Assembly (NCBI GenBank): GCA_964621195.1
Contig: CAZULJ010000005.1
Location: 11,168-43,833 of the forward strand
Source of the DNA: an uncultured Candidatus Saccharibacteria bacterium
Lineage (GTDB): Bacteria > Patescibacteriota > Dojkabacteria > SC72
DNA length: 32,666 nucleotides
Direction: 5' to 3'
Positions 24,065-32,612 of this stretch are shown here, piece by piece; within the stretch, counting starts at the first letter, position 1, and each line of letters opens with the position of its first letter. The notes below the pieces were generated by a model. It did not search any database, was not told the origin of the DNA, and saw only the letters and a program-made list of their open reading frames with translations. The position numbers and the translations under genes are program-made.

Positions 24065-26782
24065 CTATATTATCCAACTCTCTTTAATTTCTATCTCTTC
24101 CCCTGGTTGTATTTGTCCCTCGATCATCTCTTTTGCGATATTTCCTTCTATATTATCCTGTATATATCTCTTTATTGGCCTTGCACCTAATCCTGGTTGA
24201 TTAGCTTTGTTTGCAATTAATTGGGGTACTAGATGATTCCATGTTAAGACTATACTCTTTTCAGAAAGTCTCTTTGAAAGCTCTCTGAGTAATATCTCTG
24301 ATATATCTGCAAGACTTTCCATATCGTGTGGGTGGAATACAACGACCCTATCAAACCTATTTAGTAGTTCTGGCCTTATCGATTGTCGTAGCTCAATTAG
24401 TGCACGATCTTTTGCTTCCTCCCAAGTAGTTCTTCCTTCACTTAAGGAGTTAAGAAGCATTAGACTACCAATATTGCTTGTACATACTATTATGCAGTTT
24501 GTAAAATCTACTACCTCACCTAAGTTACTTGTTAATCTACCCTCATCAAACATTTGTAAGAAAAGGTCGAGAATTTGGGGATGTGCTTTCTCTATCTCAT
24601 CAAAGAGAACTACTGTATATGGATTAAGCTTCACTTTATCGATTAGTGATACTGCGCTTTGCCCCGTGATATTGGTCTGACCACTCTCTCCTAGGAACTT
24701 CTCTATACTTGCAATATCTTGATATTCAGACATATCTACCCTAATCATATCGCTTGCTTCTCCGAAATATTCTTCGGCAACAATTTTTGCCAAATATGTC
24801 TTTCCGACACCCGTTGGTCCCATGAAAAGGAATGTACCAATTGGCTTGTTAGGGTTTCGGATATCAGTATGTGCTCTTCTAAGAGACTCTACAATTGCTT
24901 TTATAGCTTCATCTTGCCCAATTACCCTACCCTTTATCTTCTCCTCAAGTTGCATTAACTTTGTGCTCTCTTGTGCATTTACACCTGCAATTGAAATACC
25001 CTTCTGATTAGAGAGTACCTTTGCAATATGCTCCCCTGTAAGAACATTAACACCATTACTTTGAGCCCATGCACATGATGCTTCAAGTAGTTGTACTGCA
25101 CTACTTGGTAATTTACGTTCCTTAGAGTATCTTTGTGCTAACTCAACTGTGCTAATTAACGCGGGTAGAGTTATATATATCCCGAAGTTTTTTTCTAATT
25201 GCAAAATCTTTGTTTCAAGTATTACTAGAGCATCATCTGCCGATATTTCGGCAACTTCAATATTTGTGAATGTCTGTCTAAGAGATTCTGAACTGTAGAA
25301 ATATTTTTTGTAATCAGAATGATTAACAGTACCAATGATTGGGAACTTACTGTTGAGTATGTAAGGTAGAAGTATTCCAGCAAGTGAGTGTCCAGAATCT
25401 TGTGCCTTTGCAGGTATTAATTCTTGCATCTCATCTATGTACAAGATAGTATCGCCTGCATTTTCTAACTCTTCGATAGCTTTGCCAATTAGCTGCTCGA
25501 CACTTTTCTCTTTTGATGCGAATGCGATCAATCCATTAATATCGAACTGTAGTATCCTTTTATCTTTCAATTGTAATGGTACATCTCCCCTATTTATCCT
25601 CTGTGCAATGCCAAGTATGAGGCTAGATTTTCCAACACCGGGTTCTCCTACTAAGAGGGCATTTTTGTTTGAGACCTTACCCAATACCGATACCAGATTG
25701 TCTATTTCTTTTTCATGCCCGATACCAAAGATATCATCATATCTTGCAACATATTCGTTAATATTTTTGCTGAATTTGTTTAATATGAATGTATATCCGT
25801 ATATCCATGATTCTGCTATCCCACCCTTCTTGTAGTATGTTACGTTAGGATTGAGATAGTTTGTACTTCTTCTTTTTTCTCTTTCATATGATTGATATCT
25901 TACGACCTCTCGTAGTATATCGATAGAGGAGTTTTGAGTAAGAAGGTATTTCTTGAGTACGGGGAAAACATTAAACAGTGCTAACATAATATGCTCCGGC
26001 CTTATTTCTCTTGATGATGTTAAAAGGGCTTCGTTTAGCGAATATATCAGTATACTTCTGATTGCAGTTGCTGGATACTTTGGTATTGTGTTACTGTTAA
26101 CATCCTCTTTTGAAAGAGATTCAAAATCTAGTTTTAGGTCTGCTCTTTTAAAAATATCTTGAGATTGAGGATAGATGATTAGCTCTGCTAGTAGAGAGAG
26201 TGTATCTAGTTGGTCTTTCGAGGTATTTGCGCAGATAATGTCTAATGAAACATCATTTATGTAATTTATTGCCTCTAAATGGGCATATCTTCCGAATTTA
26301 AATCCTGTTGCCTTTATTTCTTCTAAATCATTTAGTGGTATCTTTTCAGCATTTGGTAGTTTTACTGGGTGACTTTTGTCTTTGTAATAGTCGTGCCATA
26401 GGATAAAGACACTGAAGATTGATAGGCCAAAAAGAGCATCAGATATTCCACTAGCAAGAAACTCCTTAACTATTGAAATATTCTCGAGAATTCCAAACTG
26501 TCTTAACATATATCCTACTGCTATGACTAACCCAGGAACCAGTAATACATTAGCTACTAGCCTTATATTCTCATAGTATCTTTCATATCTAAGGTAATTT
26601 GTTAATACGTTGCTAACTTGTGGGGTTGAGATTGTGAAGAACTGGTCTCTTGTTAAAAGGAAAAGGGCTTCAGATTCTTTAGTGAGAATAGGAAATTCCT
26701 TACTTACAACACCAAAAGTGTTACTATCCTTAGAATGAAAGCCTATTAATGTTCTGTTTTGCCATCCGTAATCTATCGCCAT
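24065..26782 (-). CDS. Atypical class I Clp/Hsp100 AAA+ ATPase with an N-terminal membrane anchor
   Basis: Two NBDs: GEPGVGKS / ILYIDE and GPTGVGKT / VVLFDEIEKAH, RPELLNR, GARPIKR. Two hydrophobic segments near the N-terminus. No M-domain, no IGF/L loop, and both Tyr pore loops are not recognisable. Confidence 0.85.
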   Translation of the reverse strand: MAIDYGWQNRTLIGFHSKDSNTFGVVSKEFPILTKESEALFLLTRDQFFTISTPQVSNVLTNYLRYERYYENIRLVANVLLVPGLVIAVGYMLRQFGILENISIVKEFLASGISDALFGLSIFSVFILWHDYYKDKSHPVKLPNAEKIPLNDLEEIKATGFKFGRYAHLEAINYINDVSLDIICANTSKDQLDTLSLLAELIIYPQSQDIFKRADLKLDFESLSKEDVNSNTIPKYPATAIRSILIYSLNEALLTSSREIRPEHIMLALFNVFPVLKKYLLTQNSSIDILREVVRYQSYEREKRRSTNYLNPNVTYYKKGGIAESWIYGYTFILNKFSKNINEYVARYDDIFGIGHEKEIDNLVSVLGKVSNKNALLVGEPGVGKSSLILGIAQRINRGDVPLQLKDKRILQFDINGLIAFASKEKSVEQLIGKAIEELENAGDTILYIDEMQELIPAKAQDSGHSLAGILLPYILNSKFPIIGTVNHSDYKKYFYSSESLRQTFTNIEVAEISADDALVILETKILQLEKNFGIYITLPALISTVELAQRYSKERKLPSSAVQLLEASCAWAQSNGVNVLTGEHIAKVLSNQKGISIAGVNAQESTKLMQLEEKIKGRVIGQDEAIKAIVESLRRAHTDIRNPNKPIGTFLFMGPTGVGKTYLAKIVAEEYFGEASDMIRVDMSEYQDIASIEKFLGESGQTNITGQSAVSLIDKVKLNPYTVVLFDEIEKAHPQILDLFLQMFDEGRLTSNLGEVVDFTNCIIVCTSNIGSLMLLNSLSEGRTTWEEAKDRALIELRQSIRPELLNRFDRVVVFHPHDMESLADISEILLRELSKRLSEKSIVLTWNHLVPQLIANKANQPGLGARPIKRYIQDNIEGNIAKEMIEGQIQPGEEIEIKESWII

Positions 26783-27186
26783 TATATGCTAAACAATGAT
26801 TTAAGAATGAAGAATACTGTTGCTGGAGGTAGAAGTAGCCACACTACTATAACTAGAAGGTAAGCAATCATTACAAGTATATATGTGATACCTGCAATTG
26901 GTAAATACAATATCTTTATTAAAAATCCAAATGTATACCCAATTAGTGAAAAATCTCTATGCCAAGGTAGTAGGAAGTTCTTAAACAGTAGGCTAATAGA
27001 GAGGTTGTCATCTACAAACTCAGAAAGTCTAACTAACATTCTTAGATGCCATAGGGGCATCCTTGCGTACCACCAATATAAGAATTCCTTAGAGGTATAT
27101 GTGATAATAACAAGGAGGTTATCGACCTGTGACTCATTTAGGATTTTTTGTCCACTATTGCTTGTTAATATATTCTTTTGTTCCAT
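26782..27186 (-). CDS. Small membrane protein translationally coupled to the Clp-like ATPase
   Basis: Hydrophobic and Trp-rich (FLYWWY, LSISLLFKNFLLPWHRD). Its TAA overlaps the ATPase ATG (TAATG at 26784-26780). Confidence 0.78.
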   Translation of the reverse strand: MEQKNILTSNSGQKILNESQVDNLLVIITYTSKEFLYWWYARMPLWHLRMLVRLSEFVDDNLSISLLFKNFLLPWHRDFSLIGYTFGFLIKILYLPIAGITYILVMIAYLLVIVVWLLLPPATVFFILKSLFSI

Positions 27187-27308
27187 ACCTTAGGCAGTAA
27201 TACATTGTAAGTTTATTGTAAATTCAATATTAATTCAAGTAAAAACACTTTCCCCAGTTTATGGTTTGGGCCTTGGAACAAGGAAAAGACAGAAATTGGG
27301 TTGTAATA

Positions 27309-27317
27309 TGTTAGAAT
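27309..27317 (+). promoter_or_regulatory. Extended -10 promoter, predicted leaderless dus transcript
   Basis: TG-T-TAGAAT (27309-27317). Exactly 6 nt separate the hexamer from ATG 27324. Confidence 0.6.
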
Positions 27318-27323
27318 TACGGA

Positions 27324-28265
27324 ATGAATATATATACAGAAATTAAAAAACCGATATTAGCACTTGCCCCAATGGAGGATGTTACTGATACGGTATTTAG
27401 ACAGATTGTATTATCTCTCGGTAGACCCTCTCTCTTCTATACAGAGTTTGTTAATGTAGAAGGCTTAAATAGCCGTGGTAGAGATCGTGTAATACATCGA
27501 TTAAGCTATGTTAAAGAGGAGAAGCCAATCATTGCCCAGCTATGGGGTGTTAAACCTGAGAATTTTCTCTACGGTGCAAAGTTAGTTAAAGATATGGGAT
27601 TTGATGGTGTAGATATTAATATGGGGTGTTCAGTAAAGAATGTTGTGAAAAACAATGCTGGCAGTGGATTGATTAATGAGGATAGAGGGAGGGTAAAAGA
27701 GATAATAGAGGCTGTGATGGAAGGTTCGGATGGTTTGCCGGTATCTGTTAAAACAAGATTGGGTTTTGACTCGATAGATATTGATGGATGGATTGCATTC
27801 TTACTTTCACAAAACCTGGAGGCCCTAACTGTTCATATGAGAACGGCAAGGGGTGAGAATTCCATTAATGCAGATTGGGAGCATATGGGCAGTATAGTGG
27901 CCTTGAGGGATACAATCTCACCCTCTACTCTACTTTTGGGTAATGGTGATATTAAATCTATAAAAGAGGGTTTAGAGAAAATTAAACAATACAATATTGA
28001 GGGAGTGATGATTGGTAGAGAGGCAATATCTAATCCTTGGGTGTTTTCTGGGAGAACAGATATAAGTATTGAAGAGAAGTTGGAAACACTCAAGAAACAC
28101 TTAATTCTTTGGAGAGAGGGTTGGGAAGGTGAAAAAGATTATCACTCACTAAAAAAGTTCTTTCATGGGTATATCCGAGAATATACTAATGCTAAAACAC
28201 TTAGGGATTCTCTTATGAAAACAGAAAATGTTTCTCAAGCGCTTGAAATATTAGAGGAAATTTAA
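27324..28265 (+). CDS. dusB: tRNA-dihydrouridine synthase (Dus family, DusB-like)
   Basis: LAPMEDVTD, YTEFV, IIAQLWG, DINMGC (catalytic Cys), SVKTRLG, VH.RT, GNGDI, GVMIGR. Subfamily assignment is less certain than the family. Confidence 0.88.
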   Translation: MNIYTEIKKPILALAPMEDVTDTVFRQIVLSLGRPSLFYTEFVNVEGLNSRGRDRVIHRLSYVKEEKPIIAQLWGVKPENFLYGAKLVKDMGFDGVDINMGCSVKNVVKNNAGSGLINEDRGRVKEIIEAVMEGSDGLPVSVKTRLGFDSIDIDGWIAFLLSQNLEALTVHMRTARGENSINADWEHMGSIVALRDTISPSTLLLGNGDIKSIKEGLEKIKQYNIEGVMIGREAISNPWVFSGRTDISIEEKLETLKKHLILWREGWEGEKDYHSLKKFFHGYIREYTNAKTLRDSLMKTENVSQALEILEEI

Positions 28266-30487
28266 GAGTCTCTTTTTAATCCCATCTTTGCAAACATATC
28301 GGTAGTATCTTTTTGCATCTTGTGTTCCTCTTGGTTGGTATATTTTTCTAAGCTTACGGTAAATGTACTCCCCTTACCTAGCTCACTTTGTATATCAATT
28401 TTTCCACCCATTTTTTGTACTAACCCAAATGTTACATACAGTCCTAGTCCGGTTCCTCCTGGTCTAACAATATCAAAATCGTCTTTTTCCTCTGACTGTA
28501 TGTATGTTTTTGTTCTAAAGAACTTTGTACCTAATCTCTTTAAATCTTCGGGGGCAATACCTCTACCAGTGTCCTGTATTGAAATATGGAGATACTTTTC
28601 ATCTTCTTTGGCATAGACGTTGATACACCCTTCGTCTGTGTATTTTACTGCATTACTTATGAGGTTATTAAATATCTCTACTGTTCTCGCGTGGTCTGCA
28701 TATATTGCAGGGGTATCTTGTGGGACCTCATTTATTATCTTTATACCTTTCTGTGTAGCGTGCTCTTCTTCTCCGTGTATTGCCATCTCTATTTCTTTTG
28801 AGATATCAATTTTCTCTTTATTTATTTCAACCTTATCTCCCTCTAGCTTTGCACTACTTAGGAGTGTATTGATCAATTTTATCTCTGTTTCTACCGCATC
28901 CTTAATCCTACCTACATATTTATCAAACGATTGCTTATCTTGGGTAACCTTATCTGAAAATTGCCTTAAAAGGTCTGCGTTAAGCTTTACTACTGTAGCG
29001 GGAGTTCTTAACTCATGTCCCATTATATCTATCATATCGGCTTCTTTCTTCCTTGCCTCTTCGAGTAGTCTGACTTTTTCCTGTAATTCTGTAGTCTGTT
29101 CATCTACTCGAGTTTTTAGTGATTTATTTATCTCTTGAAGTTCTTCATAAAGGATTGTTCTATTCAAGGAAACGGACATACTGTTAGACATAAGGGAGAG
29201 ACTGTTATACTGTGCTTCCCCTAGTACATCGTCTGTGTTGTAAATATTAATCAATGCCTGTAAAGAGTTTTTGCTTGCAAGTGGGATGATTATACTAATT
29301 TTGTTTTTCTGCATATGGTTATAGATCTCCTTTGTAATCTCTTTATTATTCTCCCTATCGAAGTACGACTCTATTAGCACCTCCTTGTTTATTACTGGAA
29401 TTCTTGATCTTAATTTCCACCAGTGAGTAATCTTTTCTTGAATATCAGTAATATGTTCTTGTCTGATTAATTCTAAGACTATACTCTCCGGTTTTAACAT
29501 CTTTTCTAAGGTGCTGTAAGCAACCTGTGTTAACTCTTCCGTTGAAGTAATACTTGTTGTTTTATCAATAAAAGAACCAACTTCCTCTTGTGATTGTACC
29601 TGTCTTTTTTCGTATATTCTGTTGAAGTATCCATAAAATCCGTTGATTACAATAACTATTGAAAGAGAGGTTAAAAATCTACCGACAATGTTCATCTCAA
29701 TATCAACGACTCCTGCAAATGACCATATCGCTAGTATTACAAGAGCAGATAGTAATACTCCGAAGAGTCTCGTAAGTTCCTCTCTAATATCTACTACTGC
29801 AACCTTTATCCATAGACTCTTATTTATTACGAATGCTAGTAATGAGAGAGAGAGAAACATAAAGGGGCTATACATAGAGAGCCCTAGCATAGGTAGCACA
29901 ATTAGACCAAGACTCATTGAGACGTAAACGAATGCAAGAGTTAGAGATATTGTTGATATCTGCCTTTTCTGTGTAGGAGTGTATAGAGGTAGTCTTGATT
30001 TCCAATGTAGTAGGATTGCTACAAAGAATACCACTGCTAATGCTATTAATGCATAATACAAAGGTCCTGGTGAGAAATCTGCTGGAGAGTTTTGAACAAC
30101 GGAGAAGTTTGTTATGTTGTATTGAGATCTGAAGAGAAACGCAGATGCAATTGTGTATAGTCCAGTAATAACGGCACATATTTTGAATATACGATTCTCT
30201 TTATTTATTGTAATTATTCTAGGGAACTGATCGACAATCCCCATTAAAGCGTTAATAATATTGAGTGGGAAAAAGATTGAAATCTGTGCAAATAGAAGAG
30301 CTGTTTCTTGCTCTCTGAGAATATCTGCAAGAGCATTAGTTACTGCCCATCCAGTTATCGAAATTAATAGGTATAGATACTGAAAGGTTTCTTTTTTGGT
30401 TAATTTTTTTCTTAACCTAAAAAACACCCATATGTTAGAAAAGAGTGTAAGAAGAATAAAAAGATATATAATGTATAGATTCAGCAT
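28262..30487 (-). CDS. Sensor histidine kinase with an N-terminal multi-TM (7TM-like) input, a GAF-like region, HisKA and HATPase domains
   Basis: H-box MGHELRTP, N-box NNLISNAVKYT, G1 DTGRGI, G2 GGTGLGL. About 290 N-terminal residues are mostly hydrophobic helices. Confidence 0.92.
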   Translation of the reverse strand: MLNLYIIYLFILLTLFSNIWVFFRLRKKLTKKETFQYLYLLISITGWAVTNALADILREQETALLFAQISIFFPLNIINALMGIVDQFPRIITINKENRIFKICAVITGLYTIASAFLFRSQYNITNFSVVQNSPADFSPGPLYYALIALAVVFFVAILLHWKSRLPLYTPTQKRQISTISLTLAFVYVSMSLGLIVLPMLGLSMYSPFMFLSLSLLAFVINKSLWIKVAVVDIREELTRLFGVLLSALVILAIWSFAGVVDIEMNIVGRFLTSLSIVIVINGFYGYFNRIYEKRQVQSQEEVGSFIDKTTSITSTEELTQVAYSTLEKMLKPESIVLELIRQEHITDIQEKITHWWKLRSRIPVINKEVLIESYFDRENNKEITKEIYNHMQKNKISIIIPLASKNSLQALINIYNTDDVLGEAQYNSLSLMSNSMSVSLNRTILYEELQEINKSLKTRVDEQTTELQEKVRLLEEARKKEADMIDIMGHELRTPATVVKLNADLLRQFSDKVTQDKQSFDKYVGRIKDAVETEIKLINTLLSSAKLEGDKVEINKEKIDISKEIEMAIHGEEEHATQKGIKIINEVPQDTPAIYADHARTVEIFNNLISNAVKYTDEGCINVYAKEDEKYLHISIQDTGRGIAPEDLKRLGTKFFRTKTYIQSEEKDDFDIVRPGGTGLGLYVTFGLVQKMGGKIDIQSELGKGSTFTVSLEKYTNQEEHKMQKDTTDMFAKMGLKRDS

Positions 30488-30490
30488 GTT

Positions 30491-31606
30491 TTAGAGTTCT
30501 ATAATCTTGGGGAATTTCCTCATATGGAAATTCTCATACACAAAACTATATGCTCCTGCATTGGGTATTATAAGATAGTCACCCTCTTTTAGATTAATAG
30601 GCAGTAAGCATTTCTTATTTATAATATCATAGCCGTCGCAAGAAATTCCAACGATCTTATAATATTTCTTTGGACTATTCTCACATTCTTTTGTTGTACA
30701 GTACTTATAAACAGGGTATTCAAAATGTTCTAGAGGTTCTATTAATCCATTAAATACACTTAAATCTGTTACAACAATTTGTGGACTCTTGTAACTCTTA
30801 ATATTTACAACCTTGGCAGCAAGCACCATCGTGTTTGCAGATAATGCCCTGCCAGGCTCAATAATAAATTCACTTACTCCTGTTCTTGATTTTACGTAGT
30901 GAGTAAACTTGATTATCTTGTCTATGTAATACTCCACGGACTTTACTCCATTTTCATACCTTACTGGGATTCCACCCCCCATGTTTATACATTTTAGATT
31001 TATTCCGTATTCTTTTGAGGTCACGACAAGACGTTCAATATCGTAAAGCGCGTTCCTCCAAGAAAGTACTGACTTATTTTGAGATCCGACATGAAAGGTC
31101 AATCCATATATTGGCCACTTATTCTTTTTAGCCTTTTTAAGTATATCTGTGTAGTATGATTCCGACATTCCAAACTTATCAGAAAGATTGAATGTAGCAT
31201 CCTTATTTTTTGCGGTCATTCGTCCTATTAATTTTGGATTCCTTGTATTCCTTAGGATCTTTTTTAATTCGATTTCTGTATCAAATGCGTAGTATTCGAC
31301 ACCAACGCTAGATGCATACTGTACGTCTTTTTCTAATTTGGTTGGAGCTGAAAAGGAAATCTTTTTTGGATCTGCACCAAGACTTAATGCGTATTCTAAT
31401 TCTTCTTTTGAGGCAACATCGAAACCGTATCCTGCTTCTATGTAAGCTTGGATCATGGGTTTATAGTTATTTGCTTTGATTGCGTAGAATATTTGTATGG
31501 AATTATCGAGGAGGGGTTGGAAGGTCTTGATATTTTGAGCGGTATTTTGTGCTTGGTATAGGTATGCTGGAGTTTCTAGTTTATTGGTTATTTTCAGGTC
31601 TTTCAT
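30491..31606 (-). CDS. Fold-type III PLP-dependent decarboxylase, ornithine/lysine decarboxylase-like
   Basis: FYAIKAN (PLP Lys), FDVAS..E, HVGSQ, NMGGG, EPGR, GISCDGYD and GAY. The CD motif is ODC-type, whereas LysA has CE. Confidence 0.85.
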   Translation of the reverse strand: MKDLKITNKLETPAYLYQAQNTAQNIKTFQPLLDNSIQIFYAIKANNYKPMIQAYIEAGYGFDVASKEELEYALSLGADPKKISFSAPTKLEKDVQYASSVGVEYYAFDTEIELKKILRNTRNPKLIGRMTAKNKDATFNLSDKFGMSESYYTDILKKAKKNKWPIYGLTFHVGSQNKSVLSWRNALYDIERLVVTSKEYGINLKCINMGGGIPVRYENGVKSVEYYIDKIIKFTHYVKSRTGVSEFIIEPGRALSANTMVLAAKVVNIKSYKSPQIVVTDLSVFNGLIEPLEHFEYPVYKYCTTKECENSPKKYYKIVGISCDGYDIINKKCLLPINLKEGDYLIIPNAGAYSFVYENFHMRKFPKIIEL

Positions 31607-32498
31607 CTTTTACCTTGTATATATTAACAAAAACATTCTGTCCTTCTTCATTTCTGTATCCCTTTCTTGTAAGGGTTAGTTTTTTGTTTTGGTAAAGGAC
31701 CTTTGAGAAGAGAGAGAGAAGCCTATCCTCCTCTTCTGCAGTTCTAATTGTGGCGGAGCCTTCCTTTGTGAACATTATGAACTGATCGGGAAGTGGGCTA
31801 AACTTCTTTGCTGCGCGGATTATTGACTCCATCATAAAGCGGCTCTCCTTTGTTACTGCAATTTCTCCTAAGTATGTTGTAGGTACTTCATCTATTAAAG
31901 CTCTTAATTCCTCTTGCATCTCTTCGGGTATATAGTAGCCAATTTCGTCAAAAATCTGATCTCCAATATTTGAACCCATGTATCTAACTCTTGTAACTCC
32001 CCTTGGGCTTACAATTTCCCCTGGTGATTCCTCTGTTAAATCTATTGTTTGTTGTTTGTCATTAGCATCGTGATATGAGACCAAGACCATGGACTTAGGA
32101 TCTTTAGAGTCTCTAGCATATGCCTTTAATATACTTGAGAATGGATATATCATCCTTATCCTTGCGAGTGTTTCCTCATCTGAGATAATTTCAAGAATCT
32201 CTTCTTCTCCCTCAGTAGTTAGAAATACTGACTCTGGGTTTACAAGTAATGCATCTATTAATCTAAAAAGATGAGTTGCATTATGTGGATCAAAGTCGTC
32301 CTCTGAGTCTGAAAATTGTTGTAAATAGTCATCCCCCTCTTCTACTGTCCATTCTTCTGCAAATGGTGGTCTAGAAAATACCGAGACATATACGGAAATT
32401 GCGCATGCTAGTCCCTCTATTTGTTTATCAGAAAAACTATCTTTATCAAATTTCTCTCCAAGGCTAGTTCTTGTTATTACTGGATCTTTTGGGTCCAT
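31581..32498 (-). CDS. Hypothetical acidic protein with GNAT-like features
   Basis: N-terminal VYVSVFSRPPFAEEW and YLGEIAVTKESR resemble GNAT helix-1 and beta4/motif A. The (R/Q)xxGxG loop is absent. Overlaps the decarboxylase start by 26 nt. Confidence 0.45.
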   Translation of the reverse strand: MDPKDPVITRTSLGEKFDKDSFSDKQIEGLACAISVYVSVFSRPPFAEEWTVEEGDDYLQQFSDSEDDFDPHNATHLFRLIDALLVNPESVFLTTEGEEEILEIISDEETLARIRMIYPFSSILKAYARDSKDPKSMVLVSYHDANDKQQTIDLTEESPGEIVSPRGVTRVRYMGSNIGDQIFDEIGYYIPEEMQEELRALIDEVPTTYLGEIAVTKESRFMMESIIRAAKKFSPLPDQFIMFTKEGSATIRTAEEEDRLLSLFSKVLYQNKKLTLTRKGYRNEEGQNVFVNIYKVKDERPENNQ

Positions 32499-32527
32499 TT
32501 ATACTAAAAGATGAACAAATAATTATC

Positions 32528-32556
32528 ATTATAGTAAATTATTCTATTTTTGACCA
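32528..32556 (-). promoter_or_regulatory. Candidate promoter for the GNAT-like/decarboxylase/kinase operon
   Basis: Minus strand TGGTCA, 17 nt, TATAAT (32533-32528), 29 nt upstream of ATG 32498. Confidence 0.55.
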
Positions 32557-32583
32557 GATATGTTTGAATAATTGCTCTTTAAA

Positions 32584-32612
32584 TTGACACTGCCTAGTGG
32601 TACTAGTATATT
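32584..32612 (+). promoter_or_regulatory. Divergent sigma70 promoter for a gene beyond the window's right edge
   Basis: TTGACA (32584-32589), 17 nt, TATATT (32607-32612). Confidence 0.65.

Noticed and set aside
24065-26782. Assigning clpA, clpB, clpC or clpV
   Set aside because: Diagnostic elements (M-domain, IGF/L loop, Tyr pore loops) are missing and no T6SS genes are present, so no symbol is justified.
27271-27283. CCTTG-gaa-CAAGG palindrome in the divergent intergenic region, and CTAGT-ggt-ACTAG at 32594..32606
   Set aside because: 5-bp arms occur often by chance, and there is no second copy of either or an adjacent regulator to support an operator.
23984-30179. Short + strand ORFs opposite the rpmF promoter, Clp ATPase, its partner and the kinase, plus the - strand ORF 27833..28093 inside dus
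   Set aside because: All overlap strongly supported genes or promoters on the other strand and show no motifs.
30491-31606. lysA call
   Set aside because: The active-site motif is CD (ODC-type) rather than CE.
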